Assembly (NCBI RefSeq): GCF_006345805.1
Contig: NC_043001.1
Span: forward strand, 20,212,001 to 20,276,000
DNA length: 64,000 nucleotides
Reading direction: 5' to 3'
Source: Octopus sinensis
Lineage: Eukaryota
In this document: positions 1 to 11,863 of the stretch, piece after piece
How the letters are laid out: each line of letters opens with the position of its first letter
How positions within the stretch are numbered: position 1 is the first letter of the stretch
Notes under the pieces: generated by a model
What the model was told of the DNA's origin: nothing
Database searches by the model: none
The model's input: the letters and a program-made list of their open reading frames with translations, nothing else
Program-made: the position numbers and the translations under genes

Positions 1-348
1 CCATTTATATTCAGATACAATGCATATAGGACCGAGTTATCCAAAATGTCGCCCCTTTTTTTAAAGGGAGCATGAAATTGATGGGATTCGACTGCTATTT
101 CTAGCAGGTCGAGCTATCACTGATTCATTCCGTCATTCCTACAACGTTGTTGTTAGCTAGACCCAAGAGTCAGTTCTGACAGAGCAGACTTAAAATCAAG
201 GGTTTTCCAGCCATGGCTATCCCATTTATATTCAGACACAATGCATATAGGACCGAGTTATCCAATATGTCGCCCCTTTTTTTTTTTTTATAGGGAACAT
301 GAAATTGATGGGATTCGACTGCTATTTCTAGCAGGTCGAGCTATCACG
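1..348. repeat. Local direct duplication (~120 bp, period ~221 bp) within a degenerate interspersed repeat
   Basis: ccatttatattcaga...gtcgagctatcac at 1-120 recurs at ~222-348 with few differences. Confidence 0.8.
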
Positions 349-659
349 TAAAAGAAACTCAATCGTTTGTTCGACAGTCTCTGTGGTAATCACAACCTCC
401 TAAGACCATCTCTCTTTCTCTTGTCTTCGAGGTTCTACCAGGTTCCTGTGGGGACTGGTTAATAGGGTGCTGGTATGTGTTTGTGTTTGTGTGAGCAACT
501 GAAAGGATTCATGTACTATAGTATGGGTGTTGTGTACACAACGGGTCTATTGTGTGTGGACTCCGTGTTGTGTAATTTAAACAAAAGCCTAGTTGTGAGC
601 TTATTTTATTTTTTTGATACCATTTATACGGGTGTTGTTCTTATGCAGCCCTTAGGGTG

Positions 660-1070
660 GCGAGCTGGCAGAAACGTTAGCACGCCGAGCGAAATGCTTT
701 GCGGTATTTCGTCTGTCGCTCCGATCTGAGTTCAAATTCCGCCGATGTCGACTTTGCCTTTCATCTTTTCGGGGTCGATTAAATAAGTACCAGTTACGCA
801 CTGGGGTCGATATAATCGACTTAATACCTATGTCTGTCCTTGTTTGTCCCCTCTGTGTTTAGCCCCTTGTGGATAATAAAGAAATAGGTATTTCGTCTGT
901 CGCTACGTTCTGAGCTCAAATTCCGCCGAGGTCAACTTTGCCTTTCATCCTTTCGGGGTCGATTAAATAAGTACTAACTGAGAACACGGGGGTCGATGTA
1001 ATCAACTTAATCCGTTTGTCTGTCCTTGTTTGTCCAACTCTGTGTTTAGCCCCTTGTGGGGTAGTAAAGA
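660..1070 (+). mobile_element. tRNA-derived SINE family B (gagctggcagaaacgttagcacg... head) with internally repeated unit
   Basis: A-box-like gagctggcagaa, B-box-like gagttcaaattcc, central ttcatcctttcggggtcgataaattaagtaccag, tail ccccttgtgggtagtaaagaaatag. Further copies at ~3580-3990, 5380-5790(-), 19805-19990, 21490-21905, 27640-27820(-), 30110-30290(-), 30780-30980(-), 31135-31610, 35465-35885, 37960-38155(-), 42340-42555, 43420-43650(-), 45060-45290(-), 47220-47455, 48633-48900, 61670-62235(-). Confidence 0.85.
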
Positions 1071-1729
1071 AATATGTTCTTGTGCAGCCCCGGGTCAGTT
1101 CTAAGTGAGCAGACCATTGATACAGTTTGCGATCCACAGATTCGTTTGTTTCCACTTTTGTTTTCACTGTTCGTTGCTATTATTGTTCAACACCAGATCA
1201 ACTCTTGGAGCCTTTAAAAATTCTTCGAATTCTTTGAAATATTTAAAATTTTCACCAGATATTTGTCAAAATTTCTACATTGATATAGTTTTGCATGCTG
1301 ATGACAAAAGTCAAAACTTATTTCTTTTTATTATTTATTCAGATAAATCAAAACAAAAATGAATGTTTTTTCTTTTTGCCATCAGCAGGCAAAATCCACG
1401 CCAGTGTAGAATCTAAGAAAAAATTCTGATGGAAATTTGAAATATTTTAAGTAGTTGGAAAAATTGGCAAGCTTACATTAGTGTCCGCCCCCACAACATT
1501 GTTTCTTCATAACTTTCAGAAAAATGGATATTTTATTTTAATAAAAATTTCTAGAAAGATTACAAATATATTGGAATTTAATGCGGGGGACAAATTGGTG
1601 GTCGCGTATACATACATTCCGACTAGCATCACATATATACCTACAAAACGAAACTTGAAACTGTGTGTATGTGTGCGCGCTCTCCACTTTTTTTGTTTTG
1701 TTTTCGAATCATTCCACCAGAAAGGTATT

Positions 1730-2107
1730 TACTCTTTTACTTGTTTCAGTCATTTGACTGCGGCCATGCTGGAGCACCGCCTTTAGTCGAGCAAATCGAC
1801 CCCAGGACTTATTCTTTGTAAGCCTAGTACTTATTCTATCGGTCTCTTTTGCCGAATCGCTGGCTGACGGGGACGTAAACACACCAGCATCGGTTGTCAA
1901 ACGATGTTGGGGGACAAACACAGACACATACACACACATACATATATACGACGGGCTTCTTTCAGTTTCCGTCTACCAGATCCACTCACAAGGCTTTGGT
2001 CGGCCCGAAGCTATAGTAGAAGACACTTGCCCAAGGTGCCACGCAGTGGGACTGAACCCAGAACCATGTGGTTGGTAAGCAAGCTACTTACCACACAGCC
2101 ACTCCTA
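1730..2107 (-). mobile_element. tRNA-derived SINE family A (aggcgcaggagtggctgtgtggtaag head, internal TA/CA microsatellite, aaaagagt tail)
   Basis: ~400-bp element seen about 20 times, e.g. 4530-4929(-), 26510-26885(-), 28646-29064(-), 36120-36865(+, split), 46390-46801(+), 52224-52637(+), 52735-53133(-), 53918-54316(-), 54858-55259(-), 60031-60447(+), 62800-63665(-, split). B-box-like gggttcagtccca and CORE-like ttgggcaagtg segment. Confidence 0.9.
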
Positions 2108-2639
2108 GATTTGCCATTTTTTTCTTGAAATTATGGGGAAACAAAATTGGAGTGGGAGCTCACTTATGTAGGTATCATTTAATTGTTTCAGTCATTGGAC
2201 AGCAGCCATACTGGAGCAATGCCTTGAAGGGTTTAGTCAAAGAAATTGACCCCCAAATTTTTTTTTAGCCTGGTACTTATTTTATCGTTCTGTTTTGCCA
2301 AACCGCTATGTTACAGGAATGTAACTAACCATCACTGGTTGTCAAGGGGCGGTGGAGGACAATAACACGCACACATAAATAGATACATAGATATACAATA
2401 GGAATCTTTCAGTTTCTGTCTACCAGAAGGTTTTGGTCGGCCCAAGGTGCCATGCAGTGGGGCTGAAACCAGAACGATGTTGTTGAGAAGCGAACTTCTT
2501 AATCATACTGCCATGCCTGCACCCAGATCCCAACTTTGATCCATATACCTATATACAAAAGTGTTCTTGTCATAATCACCTGGTCTTTTAATCAAAGGAC
2601 TACATTAGTTTGTGTCCTTCAGGGATCTAATAATTATCT

Positions 2640-3205
2640 TAACATGGGACGAGGTGGTCAAGCATGACCTTCGTACTCTGAGTCTCACAGAGGCTATGAC
2701 GAAAGACCAAGACCTCTGGAGATATGCTGTGACTTCAAAGACCCGACAAATGAAGTGAGTTCATGGCTCACAGGACGGCCTGCTGTGCTACCCTTGGATC
2801 GTAGAGTGACCCGCTGTTCTTGAGGAGACCTATTGAGTCAAGTACATCAACATCAAAATAAAAATTCAAATGGAAATTGCTGTTAAGACACCCGCTCCGG
2901 TGACACATAAAAAGCACCGTCTGAATGTGGCAGATGCCAGCGCCTCCTGACTGACGTCCATGTCGGTGACACGTAAAAGCACCAACCAATTGTGGCCGTT
3001 TGCCAGCCTGCTCTGGACCCTGTGCCAGTGGCACGTAAAATCACCCACTACACTCATGGAGTGGTTGGCGTTAGGAAGGGCATCCAGCTGTAGAAACACA
3101 GCCAAATCAGACTAGAGCCTGGTAGAGCCTCCATGGCTTCCAGACCCCAGTCGAACCGTACAACCCATGCTAGCGTGGAAAACAGACGTTAAATGATGAT
3201 GATGA
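2640..3205 (+). mobile_element. 5'-truncated RTE-clade LINE 3' end (ORF C-terminus plus 3'UTR, (GAT)n tail)
   Basis: 2640-2750 translates to TWDEVVKHDLRTLSLTEAM..DLWRYAV, a typical RTE C-terminus, followed by the abundant ...gcgttaggaagggcatccagctgtagaaac...ggacgttaaatgatgatg UTR. Other copies at ~7320-7575(-), 12665-12925, 32760-33405, 36303-36650(-), 38840-39300(-), 43680-43990(-), 49450-49990(-), 51160-51590, 60650-60950, 63105-63265. Confidence 0.8.
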
Positions 3206-5227
3206 TTAGTAAGAATATACAAGAAAATATTTTTAACCCATCAGATATCTAATGTTTAGAACACATTTTGGTTAGTTTTGTTGGGTTGGTGTCATTGCTG
3301 TTGTTTGGTCACAGCTCAGCTCTCAGATGGAGCAGGACAAATAAAGATAATACTTCTTCCTGAGTCATATAAACTCCTAGGTTTTTGTGGCATATATATT
3401 TCCCCCTGGATGGGACACCAGTCTTTTGCAGGAATACTCACTTTTGCTAGCTGAGTGGACTGGAGCAACGTGATATGATGTGTTTTGCTCAAAAACATAA
3501 CCTATTGCTCAGTGCAGGAATTGAAACCACAATCTTATGATCAAGAGCCCAACACTAAGCCATGCACCTCTTCAAATAGATCAGAGCTGGTAGAATTGTT
3601 AGCACCCTGGGAGAAATGCTTAGCGGTTATTCGTCTGCCGTTATGTTCTGAGTTCAAATTCCGCCGAGGTTGACTTTGCCTTTCATCCTTTCAGGGTCAA
3701 GTAAATAAGCACCAGTTACGCACTGGGGTTGATATAATCGACTTAATCCGTTTGTCTGTCCTTGTTTGTCCTCTCTGTGTTTAGCCCCTTGTGGTTAGTA
3801 AAGAAATAGGTATTTCGTCTGCCGCTACGTTCTGAGTTCAAATTTTGCTGAGGTCGACTTTGCCTTTCATCCTTTCGGAGTTGATAAATTAAGTACCAGT
3901 TACACACTGGGTTTGATATAATCGACTTAATCCATTTGTCTGTCCTTGTTTGTCTCCTCTGTGTGTAGCCTCTTGTGGGCAGTAAAGAAATAAGATAGAT
4001 CAGACTTATGTATGAGCAAAGGTATTCCAGCCATGACCTTTCCATCATTTTTCCATATATATCTAAGTAGGATTATATTGTTTACTGTTTGGTTCCCATT
4101 ATGACAATCAGTTGTGAGCAAACCAATAAACAAAGTTTTCAAGCTATGGTCATTGCATCTTTAATCAGTCCATCAAGGACCTTGTTATTCAATGTTGCTT
4201 TTACTTTCCAAAGATTGTAGAGTGTGAGTTGAGGGAGAGTTGGCTGCTTTTTAGCAGGTCAAATGATGACTTGGAGGCTCTGTTGTTAATTTCTGTTTCT
4301 TTGGTTACCATTTAGATCCAGGTCATGCCTGGATCTTGTAAATCATATCATTGTTCTCTAACTTCTGGATTTGAATGTTATTATACGTTGGAATGTTACT
4401 TGTTCCATTCTAACTGTTAATACATTCAAGAGTGCTGAAGCTTGTCACAGCTTTTGTTTCTGCATTGTCTGTGAGAGATATCTTAGCAATCACAGGTCAA
4501 ATGTGAGTCAGAGCACTATTTTGCAGTATTACTCTTTTACTTGTTTCAGTCATTTGACTGCAGCCATGCTGGAGCACCGCCTTTAATCGACCAACTCAAC
4601 CCCGGGACTTTTTCTTTTGTAAGCCCAGTACTTATTTTATCGGTCTCTTTTGCCGAACCGCTAAGTGACGGGGACATAAACACACCAGCATCGGTTGTCA
4701 AGCAATGCTCGGGGGACAAATACAGACACGCAAACACACACACACATATAGATATACATATATACGATGGGCTTCTTTCAGTTTCCGTCTACCAAATCCA
4801 CTCACAAGGCTTTGGTCGGCCCGAGGCTATAGCAGAAGACACTTGCCCAAGGTGCCACGCAGTGGGACTGAACCCGGAACCATGTGGTTGGTAAACAAGC
4901 TACTTACCACACAGCCACTCCTGCGCCTATATGTAGATGTTAATTTGTTTACATGAAGAGCAAATTCTTTTCAATATTGTGCAGATATTTATGTGAAAAA
5001 TATAAATGTTGACATCTATTTAAATTGTTTACTGCACCACTCCTGAATCACATGCAAGTGTTTGGGTGTTAATTCACTTTACACATATTTTTTGGTGTGT
5101 CAGAATTTTCATTGCCTAACTATGATCTTGTCATTGACACAGTTATTGTCATTTTGATGTCTATGTATAAAATACATATTGTGATTACATTGGCATATGT
5201 TGTTTTGTATTGGTCTTGTTTTCTCAG

Positions 5228-5365
5228 TACAGTTAAGCATGTCACTCTATTATGTGATGAAAGGAGATATTTTTCGATGTCTTATATCTTGTCATGAATT
5301 TCAGTGGTACTTGTTTGGGGAACTTCAACTTGCAGACAGTTCTAATTACACAGTACACACACCCA
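5228..5365 (+). CDS. Candidate internal coding exon (phase 1-1) of an unidentified plus-strand gene
   Basis: Acceptor ggtcttgttttctcag, open frame QLSMSLYYVMKGDIFRCLISCHEFQWYLFGELQLADSSNYTVHTP, moderate donor CCA|gtaacc; phase fits the exon at 6467. Confidence 0.3.
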
Positions 5366-6466
5366 GTAACCTGCATTTACTTGTTTCTTTATTACCCACA
5401 AGGGGCTAAGCATAGAGGGAACAAACAAGGACAGACAAAGGGATTAAGTCGATTACATCGACCCCGGTGTTCTCAGTTGGTACTTAATTTATCGACCCCA
5501 AAAGGATGAAAGGCAAAGTCGACCTCCGCAGAATTTGAACTCGGGACGTAATGGCAGACGAAACACCTATTTCTTTACTACCCACAAGGGGCTAAACACA
5601 GAGGGGACAAACAAGGACATACAAACGGATTAAGTCGATTATATCGACCCCAGTGTGTAACTGGTACTTAATTTATCGACCCTGAAAGGATGAAAGGCAA
5701 AGTCGACCTCGGCGGAATTTGAACTCAGAATGTAACGGCAGACGAAATACTGATTCGCACTTCGCCCGGCATGCTTACATTTCTGCCAGCTCGCCGCCTT
5801 CTATGCAAATAATTTCCCATGTTTGTCCTTGGGATGAGGATAAGCTAACACAAACAAAATTACAACAATGGATTCAAACAAATTTCAACTTTCTTCTAAA
5901 TCTGTATTCCAGCTACAACAGTTTCTGTGGTTCAAACATTCTCCATACCTTAAATCAATCCATGTTGGCACTTTCAATGTTCTGGTTGACTTAGCCTAGA
6001 AAATTCAGCAATGCTGTGTAGTTTAGCGTCAGGTTGTATAAACCTATAAATGTATTCACAGAAATAATTAAACCAATCAATTTTTGGAAGTATGTAAAGG
6101 ATTGTTTAATCCTACAGACAGCCCTGATAACAAATAATCAATAGCATTGTTGTTCATTAGCCAGCTGTCTTTTTTTTTTTATTATTATCACTTGAGTGCA
6201 TCCAAAGAGTCTAACCATTTTTTAAACAGTTGGTTTATTCTGAGGGAAATTTGGCTTTTAATTTTAGCAGCTCAAGTAACTATTTAGAGGTTTTCTCATT
6301 AACTCATGTTGTTTAACATAAAAATAACTGCTGAAGATAGATAGGAATTCAAGGTTTTGTAGGCCATTATTAATTATTCTTTCTTTGGATATGTTTGAGG
6401 TGGAAAATAGATCAGAGAGATAACTTTTGAATTTCAATTTTTTATTTTATTCACACCCTTGGACAG

Positions 6467-6592
6467 AGGACAGTTTAATGAATAATAAATTAAATTTAAG
6501 GACAGCAACTGAAGGGAAACTTGGAAGGGTCGTGAGTTCAGTACTACCTGTGTATAACTGTACAAAGGATCGTTCAAACTTGGCAGGTCTAG
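6467..6592 (+). CDS. Candidate coding exon with a Cache-domain-like motif (alpha2delta/CACHD1-like?)
   Basis: Acceptor ttttattttattcacacccttggacag, strong donor TAG|gtaaga, 126 nt open: DSLMNNKLNLRTATEGKLGRVVSSVLPVYNCTKDRSNLAGL. G.VVS..LPVYN....L.G resembles the Cache beta-strand motif (by eye only). Confidence 0.38.
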
Positions 6593-6603
6593 GTAAGAAG
6601 ATG

Positions 6604-6908
6604 TTGTTTGTTCCTTCTCAAGCCACGCCTGGCTCATAAGGGCTGGTTTCCTGGTTTCCTTGGTGTATAGGTTCCCCACCTGGACAGAACGCCGGTCTGT
6701 CGCAGGTGAGCTGCAAGATGCAGGAGGAAAGAGTGAGAGAAAGTTGTGGCGAAAGAGTCAGTGGAAGTTCGCCATTACCTTCTGCCGGAGCTGCATGGAG
6801 CTTAGGTGTTTCGCTCATAAACACACACATCGCCCAGTCTGAGATTCAAACCTGCGATCCTTCGACCGCGAGTCCGCTGCTCTAACCACTAAGCCATGTG
6901 CCTCCACC
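6604..6908 (-). mobile_element. tRNA-derived SINE family C with V-domain-like segment and 13-bp TSD
   Basis: Minus-strand head gtggaggcacatggcttagtggttagagc...ggtttgaatctcag; TSD aggtaagaagatg at 6591-6603 and 6909-6921. Second copy at ~42650-42955, related pieces at 13190-13500 and 14050-14270. Confidence 0.85.
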
Positions 6909-7861
6909 AGGTAAGAAGATGAGGAGAATTTAACAAAGGGAGATAGTGGTGGAGTAAATGTTGTTTATGATATTTAGTATTTCAGAAGATCTGCTTTGCC
7001 TAACCCCTTTTTCTTCTACCTTAACCCTCATCGCCAAGCATAAAAAACACCACCACCTTAGGTTTTGTACTCTTGCCTGCTGCATGGCTATGTGACTAGT
7101 ACTGGTAGAATGAGAAATGCATCCAATACATGTTGTAAAATAGTTGGTGTTAGGAACAGCATCCTGTCATAGACACCATGCCAAAGCAGACACTAAGAAA
7201 TGATGCAACCTTTGGACCCACTGGATTCTGTCAAACTGCCCACCTGTGTCAGCATGAAACATGGATGTTAAATGATAATAATGATGCTGACAACAATCTC
7301 TGAAAATTGTTTTCTGCCTCATCATCATCATTGTTTAACGTCCGTTTTCCGTGCTAGCATGGGTTGGACAGTTCGACCGGGGTCTGGGAAGCCTGGAGGC
7401 TGCACCAGGCTCCAGTCTGATCTGGCAGTGTTTCTACAGCTGGATGCCCTTCCTAACATCAACCACTCCGTGAGTGTAGTGGGTGCTTTTTACGTGCCAC
7501 TGGCACAGAAGCCAGTTAAGGTGGCGCTGGCATCGGCCACATTTGGATGGTGCTTTTTACGTGCCACTGGCACAGGTAAATTTCTGTATTTCTTCTTTTA
7601 TGGTACAGCAACATCTATATGGTATCAGCCCATAAGACTGCTTCAGTGTACATAATTAACAATCTAGTTCTAGGGTTGACTTGTTTGACTAAGATCCTTC
7701 AAGCTGGTGCCCCAGCATGGCCACAATCCAGTCGACTGAAACAAGTAGAAGAAAAGAATGAAAAAGATGTCATAAACTACATTGCTGGTGAGGTCCATTT
7801 TGCTTCCTGGAAAAGAAAAGAAAAAACTCTGCATAGGCGCAGGAGTAGCTGTGTGGTAAGT

Positions 7862-9717
7862 AACCATCTCAAGCAAGTGACAAAAAAAGCAGTGCTTGAA
7901 TTTGAACAGTGCATAGCAGCCAATCCTGACAGCAAGGTTTTCTGGAAATATGTGCACTCAAAGCAGAGACCTCACTCTCCAGTGGGCCCTCTTCGCAACC
8001 CTCACACAAACCAGATCACTGACGACCCCAAGGAATGCGCAGAACTCATTGCCGAGTGCTATGCAAACATATTCACTGTTGAAAGTCAAAATGTACCATC
8101 TTCACCATCACTAACAGCAACTCCATAACAACTATGGAATTTACACCTGCAATGCTGCGACATCACCTTCAAAATAAGCGCAACTATGCCTCCCTGGTCT
8201 CGATGGAGTTACATACCTGCTTCTCAAACGTGGCAGGCACTTCCTTTTACACCAGCTTTCTATTTTCTTCCAGTACTGTCTCAACAATGGTGCTACTCCG
8301 GAGCAGTGGAAAACTGCCAGTGTCATTCCTCTGTTCAAAAAGGGCGACCGCACATCACCTGTCAACTATCGCCCAGTCAGTCTCACTAGCTGTATTGCAA
8401 AACTGATGGAATCGTGTGTCAGAGAAACACTCTGGAACTTCTGGAGCTCTCACAGTCTCATCCGACCCTCACAATATGGATTTGTCCCTAACTCCAGCTG
8501 CAGTGACCAGCTTGTCAAGTTCCTTGAGGACATTACTCAGATTACTGACAGTGGCTCATGGGTGGATGTTGTCTACCTTGACTTTGCTAAGGCTTTCAAC
8601 TCTGTGCCACACAAAAGGCTTATGGTGAAACTCTCTGCAATGGGTGTGGGGGATGACCTTTTTAACTGGTTGAAATCCTTCATCCTCAGCCGAAAGGAGG
8701 TAGTCACAGTTCTAGGACAGCACTCTACACCATATGAGATGTCATCGGGTGTACCACAGGGATCTGTCCTTGGTCCCCTCTTGTTTGTGGCATACATTAA
8801 CGACATAGATGCCAATTTAAAGAATGCCACAGTATTGAAATATGCAGACAACATCAAGCTGTACCTTGAAATCAAGAGGACAGATCCTGATGTCTACAAC
8901 TCTTTCCTGCAATCAGACCTAGACACAATGCAGCAATGGATCACAGACTGGCAACTGAAACTGGCTGTGGACAAGTGTACCACCATGCATTTTGGGAGAA
9001 AAAACCCTGCGTCACATACTCCCTCCACAACACTGATATCAAGAAATCCTCTTGCGAGCGTGACCTAGGCATCACTGTCAGCAGTGATTGCTGCGTGGTC
9101 AAGCATATCTCTAAGATTGTCAGGAAGGCCGAGGGTGTCTTGGCATCACTCAGCAGGTCTTTTGTTAGCCGCTCTCCAGCCATCTATTTAAAACTGTATA
9201 CAGCTATGGTACGACCACACTTGGAATTCGCATCATCAGTTTGGAACCCCTATCTTGCACAGAACATTGACCACCTGGAATCTGTCCAGAGACGTGCAAC
9301 CAAACGCATACCCTCCATCAGACACCTACCATATTCTGAGCGCCTTGTTTCCCTGGGCATGGATTCACTGAAGCTCCGGCGTTTGGCGACGGACTTGTAA
9401 ACACCCACAAAGTTATCAACCACCTCACCAACAACAACACTGAACACCTTTTTGATCTCCATGTGTCTAACACACGTGGACATGCCTACAAAGTCAGAAA
9501 ACAATACAGCTCCCATGACTTTCGGAAACATTTTTTCACGCTCAGAGTTGCTGAAGCATGGAATAAACTGCCTGCGTCAGTTGTTGACTGCCATGACACT
9601 GCATCTTTTAAGGCCCTCATGCTTTCCGAAATCCGCCGAAACTACACCTGATTATATATACACTTTAGATGAGTTGTAGTGCACCTGAGCACTGTACACA
9701 ATTATTATTATTATTAT
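7862..9717 (+). mobile_element. 5'-truncated CR1/L2-group LINE (RT region, frameshifted) inserted into a family-A SINE head
   Basis: RT motifs YLDFAKAFNSVPH, GVPQGSVLGPLLF and YADN (D to N); (ATT)n tail at ~9700; SINE head ...gtggtaag at 7838-7860 resumes as tagcttgtttaccagccacatgg after the tail. Confidence 0.92.
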
Positions 9718-9857
9718 TAGCTTGTTTACCAGCCACATGGTTGTGGGTTCAGTCCCACTGCGTGGCACCTTGGGCAAGTGTCTTTTACTATAGCCTTGGG
9801 CCGACCAAAGCCTTGTGAATGGATTTGGTAGATGGAAACTGAAAGAAACCTTTCGTA

Positions 9858-9920
<63 letters not shown>

Positions 9921-10321
9921 CATATATATGTGTGTGTGTATATGTTTGTGTGTCTGTGTTTGTCCCCCCAACATTGCTTGACAACCGATGCTGGTGTGTT
10001 TACGTCTATGTAACTTAGCGGTTCGGCAAAAGAGACCGATAGAATAAGTACTAGGCTTACAAAGAATAAGCCCTGGGGTTGATTTCTTCGACTAAAGGCG
10101 GTGCTCCAGCATGGCCACAGCCAAATGACTGAAACAAGTAAAAGAGTAAAAGAGAGGGTATAACACAAGTTTTCAAATAAAGTATTGACAGCCTGAATAT
10201 TTTTATTCCTACCATGAACAGCAGACAGCAGCCTAGATTGATTTACAATGTGCATTCCAGAAGTTTGGAGACTTTTTTAGCAGTGGCAGTTATAACTGTT
10301 CTACATTATTGTAATTTTAGT

Positions 10322-10663
10322 AAGGGTAAAGACCCCCTTCGGTCATGAATGACCATGGGATTGCACCTAGAAAGTTACCCTCCTAGACACAAGTCTGGGC
10401 AAGGTTGTTTATGGAAGACCAGCAGTCGCCCATGCATACCAGCTTCCCCTCTCCACGCCACCAGTGTTATCCAAGGGAAAGGCAAAGGGGCCGATACAGC
10501 TTGGCACCTGTGACGTTGCAACTCATTTCTACAGCTGAGTGAACTGGAGCAACGTGAAATAAAGTGCCTTGCTCAAGAACACAACACGCAGCCCGGTCTG
10601 GGATTCGAGCTCACAACCTCACGATCGTAAGCTCGACGCTCTAACCACTGAGCCATGCGCCTT
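10322..10663 (-). mobile_element. tRNA-derived CORE-like SINE family D
   Basis: Minus-strand head ggcgcatggctcagtggttagagc...ctcgaatccc, then CORE-like ttgagcaaggcactttatttcacgttgctccagttcactcagctgtagaaatgag. Plus-strand copy at ~30370-30710, fragments at 12280-12430, 13070-13170, 13500-13590. Confidence 0.8.
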
Positions 10664-10759
10664 CATCAATTTTAGTACATCATGTAATTTTAGTACATCC
10701 TTACCATACACATTATAAGCTGACCTATCAACTGTTGTTATTCCAGATTGAAGGAGATG

Positions 10760-11760
10760 ACTGTAACAGCACTTTGAACACACCCTACCTAAACACGACT
10801 TGTCACAGCTGACTTGTTTGTCAATTGCTGAGATGTGAAGACAATTTGGAAATCTGCTATGCAATAAAGTTTTGTGTTAAACTGGGCAAAAACACTACGG
10901 AAATGTATCAAGTGCTCCAGACTGGTCATGGATTAACTTGTATGAGCTGAGCATCTGTTTTTTGATGGCACAAGAAGTCAGGCAAAGCAAGTCCACCGGG
11001 AAGCTTATGACGGTCTCCATTTTCAACAGCAAGGGAATTGTCTACATCCACTGGGTTCCCTCTGGCCAGACGGTCAACGAAGAGTTCTTTGTTGAGCTTT
11101 TGAAGAAGTTCAAGAAGAGATTTCAGATCTTTTCGCTTTGACCGGCAGATTTTTTTAATAATTTCTTTGTAACTAAACACTTTTAAACTTCGTATACTGG
11201 TAGAATGTGTTTATAAAACATCTTTTTCTCTTGGCTTTCTTGAATTCACCTCAATAGACGTCATTGATTGGTTGAAATTGCCGAAATGCAAGAAATTAAA
11301 CAACAAATAGCTTACAAACTACAGAATTTTCTCAAGAAAACCAAGAGAAAAAGATGTTTTATAAACACATTCTACCAGTATATGAAGTTTAAAAGTGTTC
11401 AGTTACAAAGAAATTATTTTAAAAATCTGCCAGTCAAAGTGAAAAGATCCAAGATTTCATTGCAAAAGGCCAGTGCACCTGTACCAAGACAATACACCAG
11501 TCCACAATTCCATCCTGGTAGCCAACTACTTGATACAGACAGACATCAAAACTGTCCTCCACTCTCCCTATAGTCCAGACCTTGCTTCCTGTAACTTTTG
11601 GTTGTTCCTCAAGCTGAGGGAGAAGATGAAGAAGGCTGTGACAAGAGACCTGGACACCTTCACTTTGGAGGATTTCCATGGAAGCTTAATGAAGTGGCTC
11701 GAGTGCTACAACAAGTGTATTGAAGTCCTAGAATCCTATATTGAAGGAGATTAGAATTTT
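10760..11760 (+). mobile_element. Degenerate mariner (Tc1/mariner) transposon relic, interrupted by a MITE
   Basis: Fragments YAIKFCVKLGKNTTEMY, KVRQSKSTGKLMTVSIFNSKGIVYIHWVPSGQTVNEEFFVELL, QDNTPVH and HSPYSPDLASCNFWLF (mariner YSPDL motif). Confidence 0.85.
11125..11450. mobile_element. Non-autonomous TIR element (Merlin-like MITE)
   Basis: TIRs (a/g)gatcttttcgctttgaccggcag / ctgccagtcaaagtgaaaagatcc, long internal inverted arms, 8-bp TSD gagatttc/aagatttc. Confidence 0.75.
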
Positions 11761-11828
11761 ATACCTTTTAGAAATTAATAGATGTTTCTCCTGAAAAAAC
11801 CTCAAAACATGTACATTACAGAAGATAA

Positions 11829-11863
<35 letters not shown>

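Noticed and set aside
1904-2128. Recurrent short ORFs (MLGGQTQTH..., [31 protein letters not shown]) as a gene family
   Set aside because: They are translations of family-A SINE copies and recur wherever the SINE occurs
5949-6043. 95-nt minus-strand exon-like segment (tttatag...AAG|gtatgg)
   Set aside because: Stops in all frames and no partner exons
7838-7870. Chimeric SINE-head/LINE retrotranscript (template switch)
   Set aside because: The rest of the SINE resumes right after the LINE tail at ~9716, so this is a nested insertion
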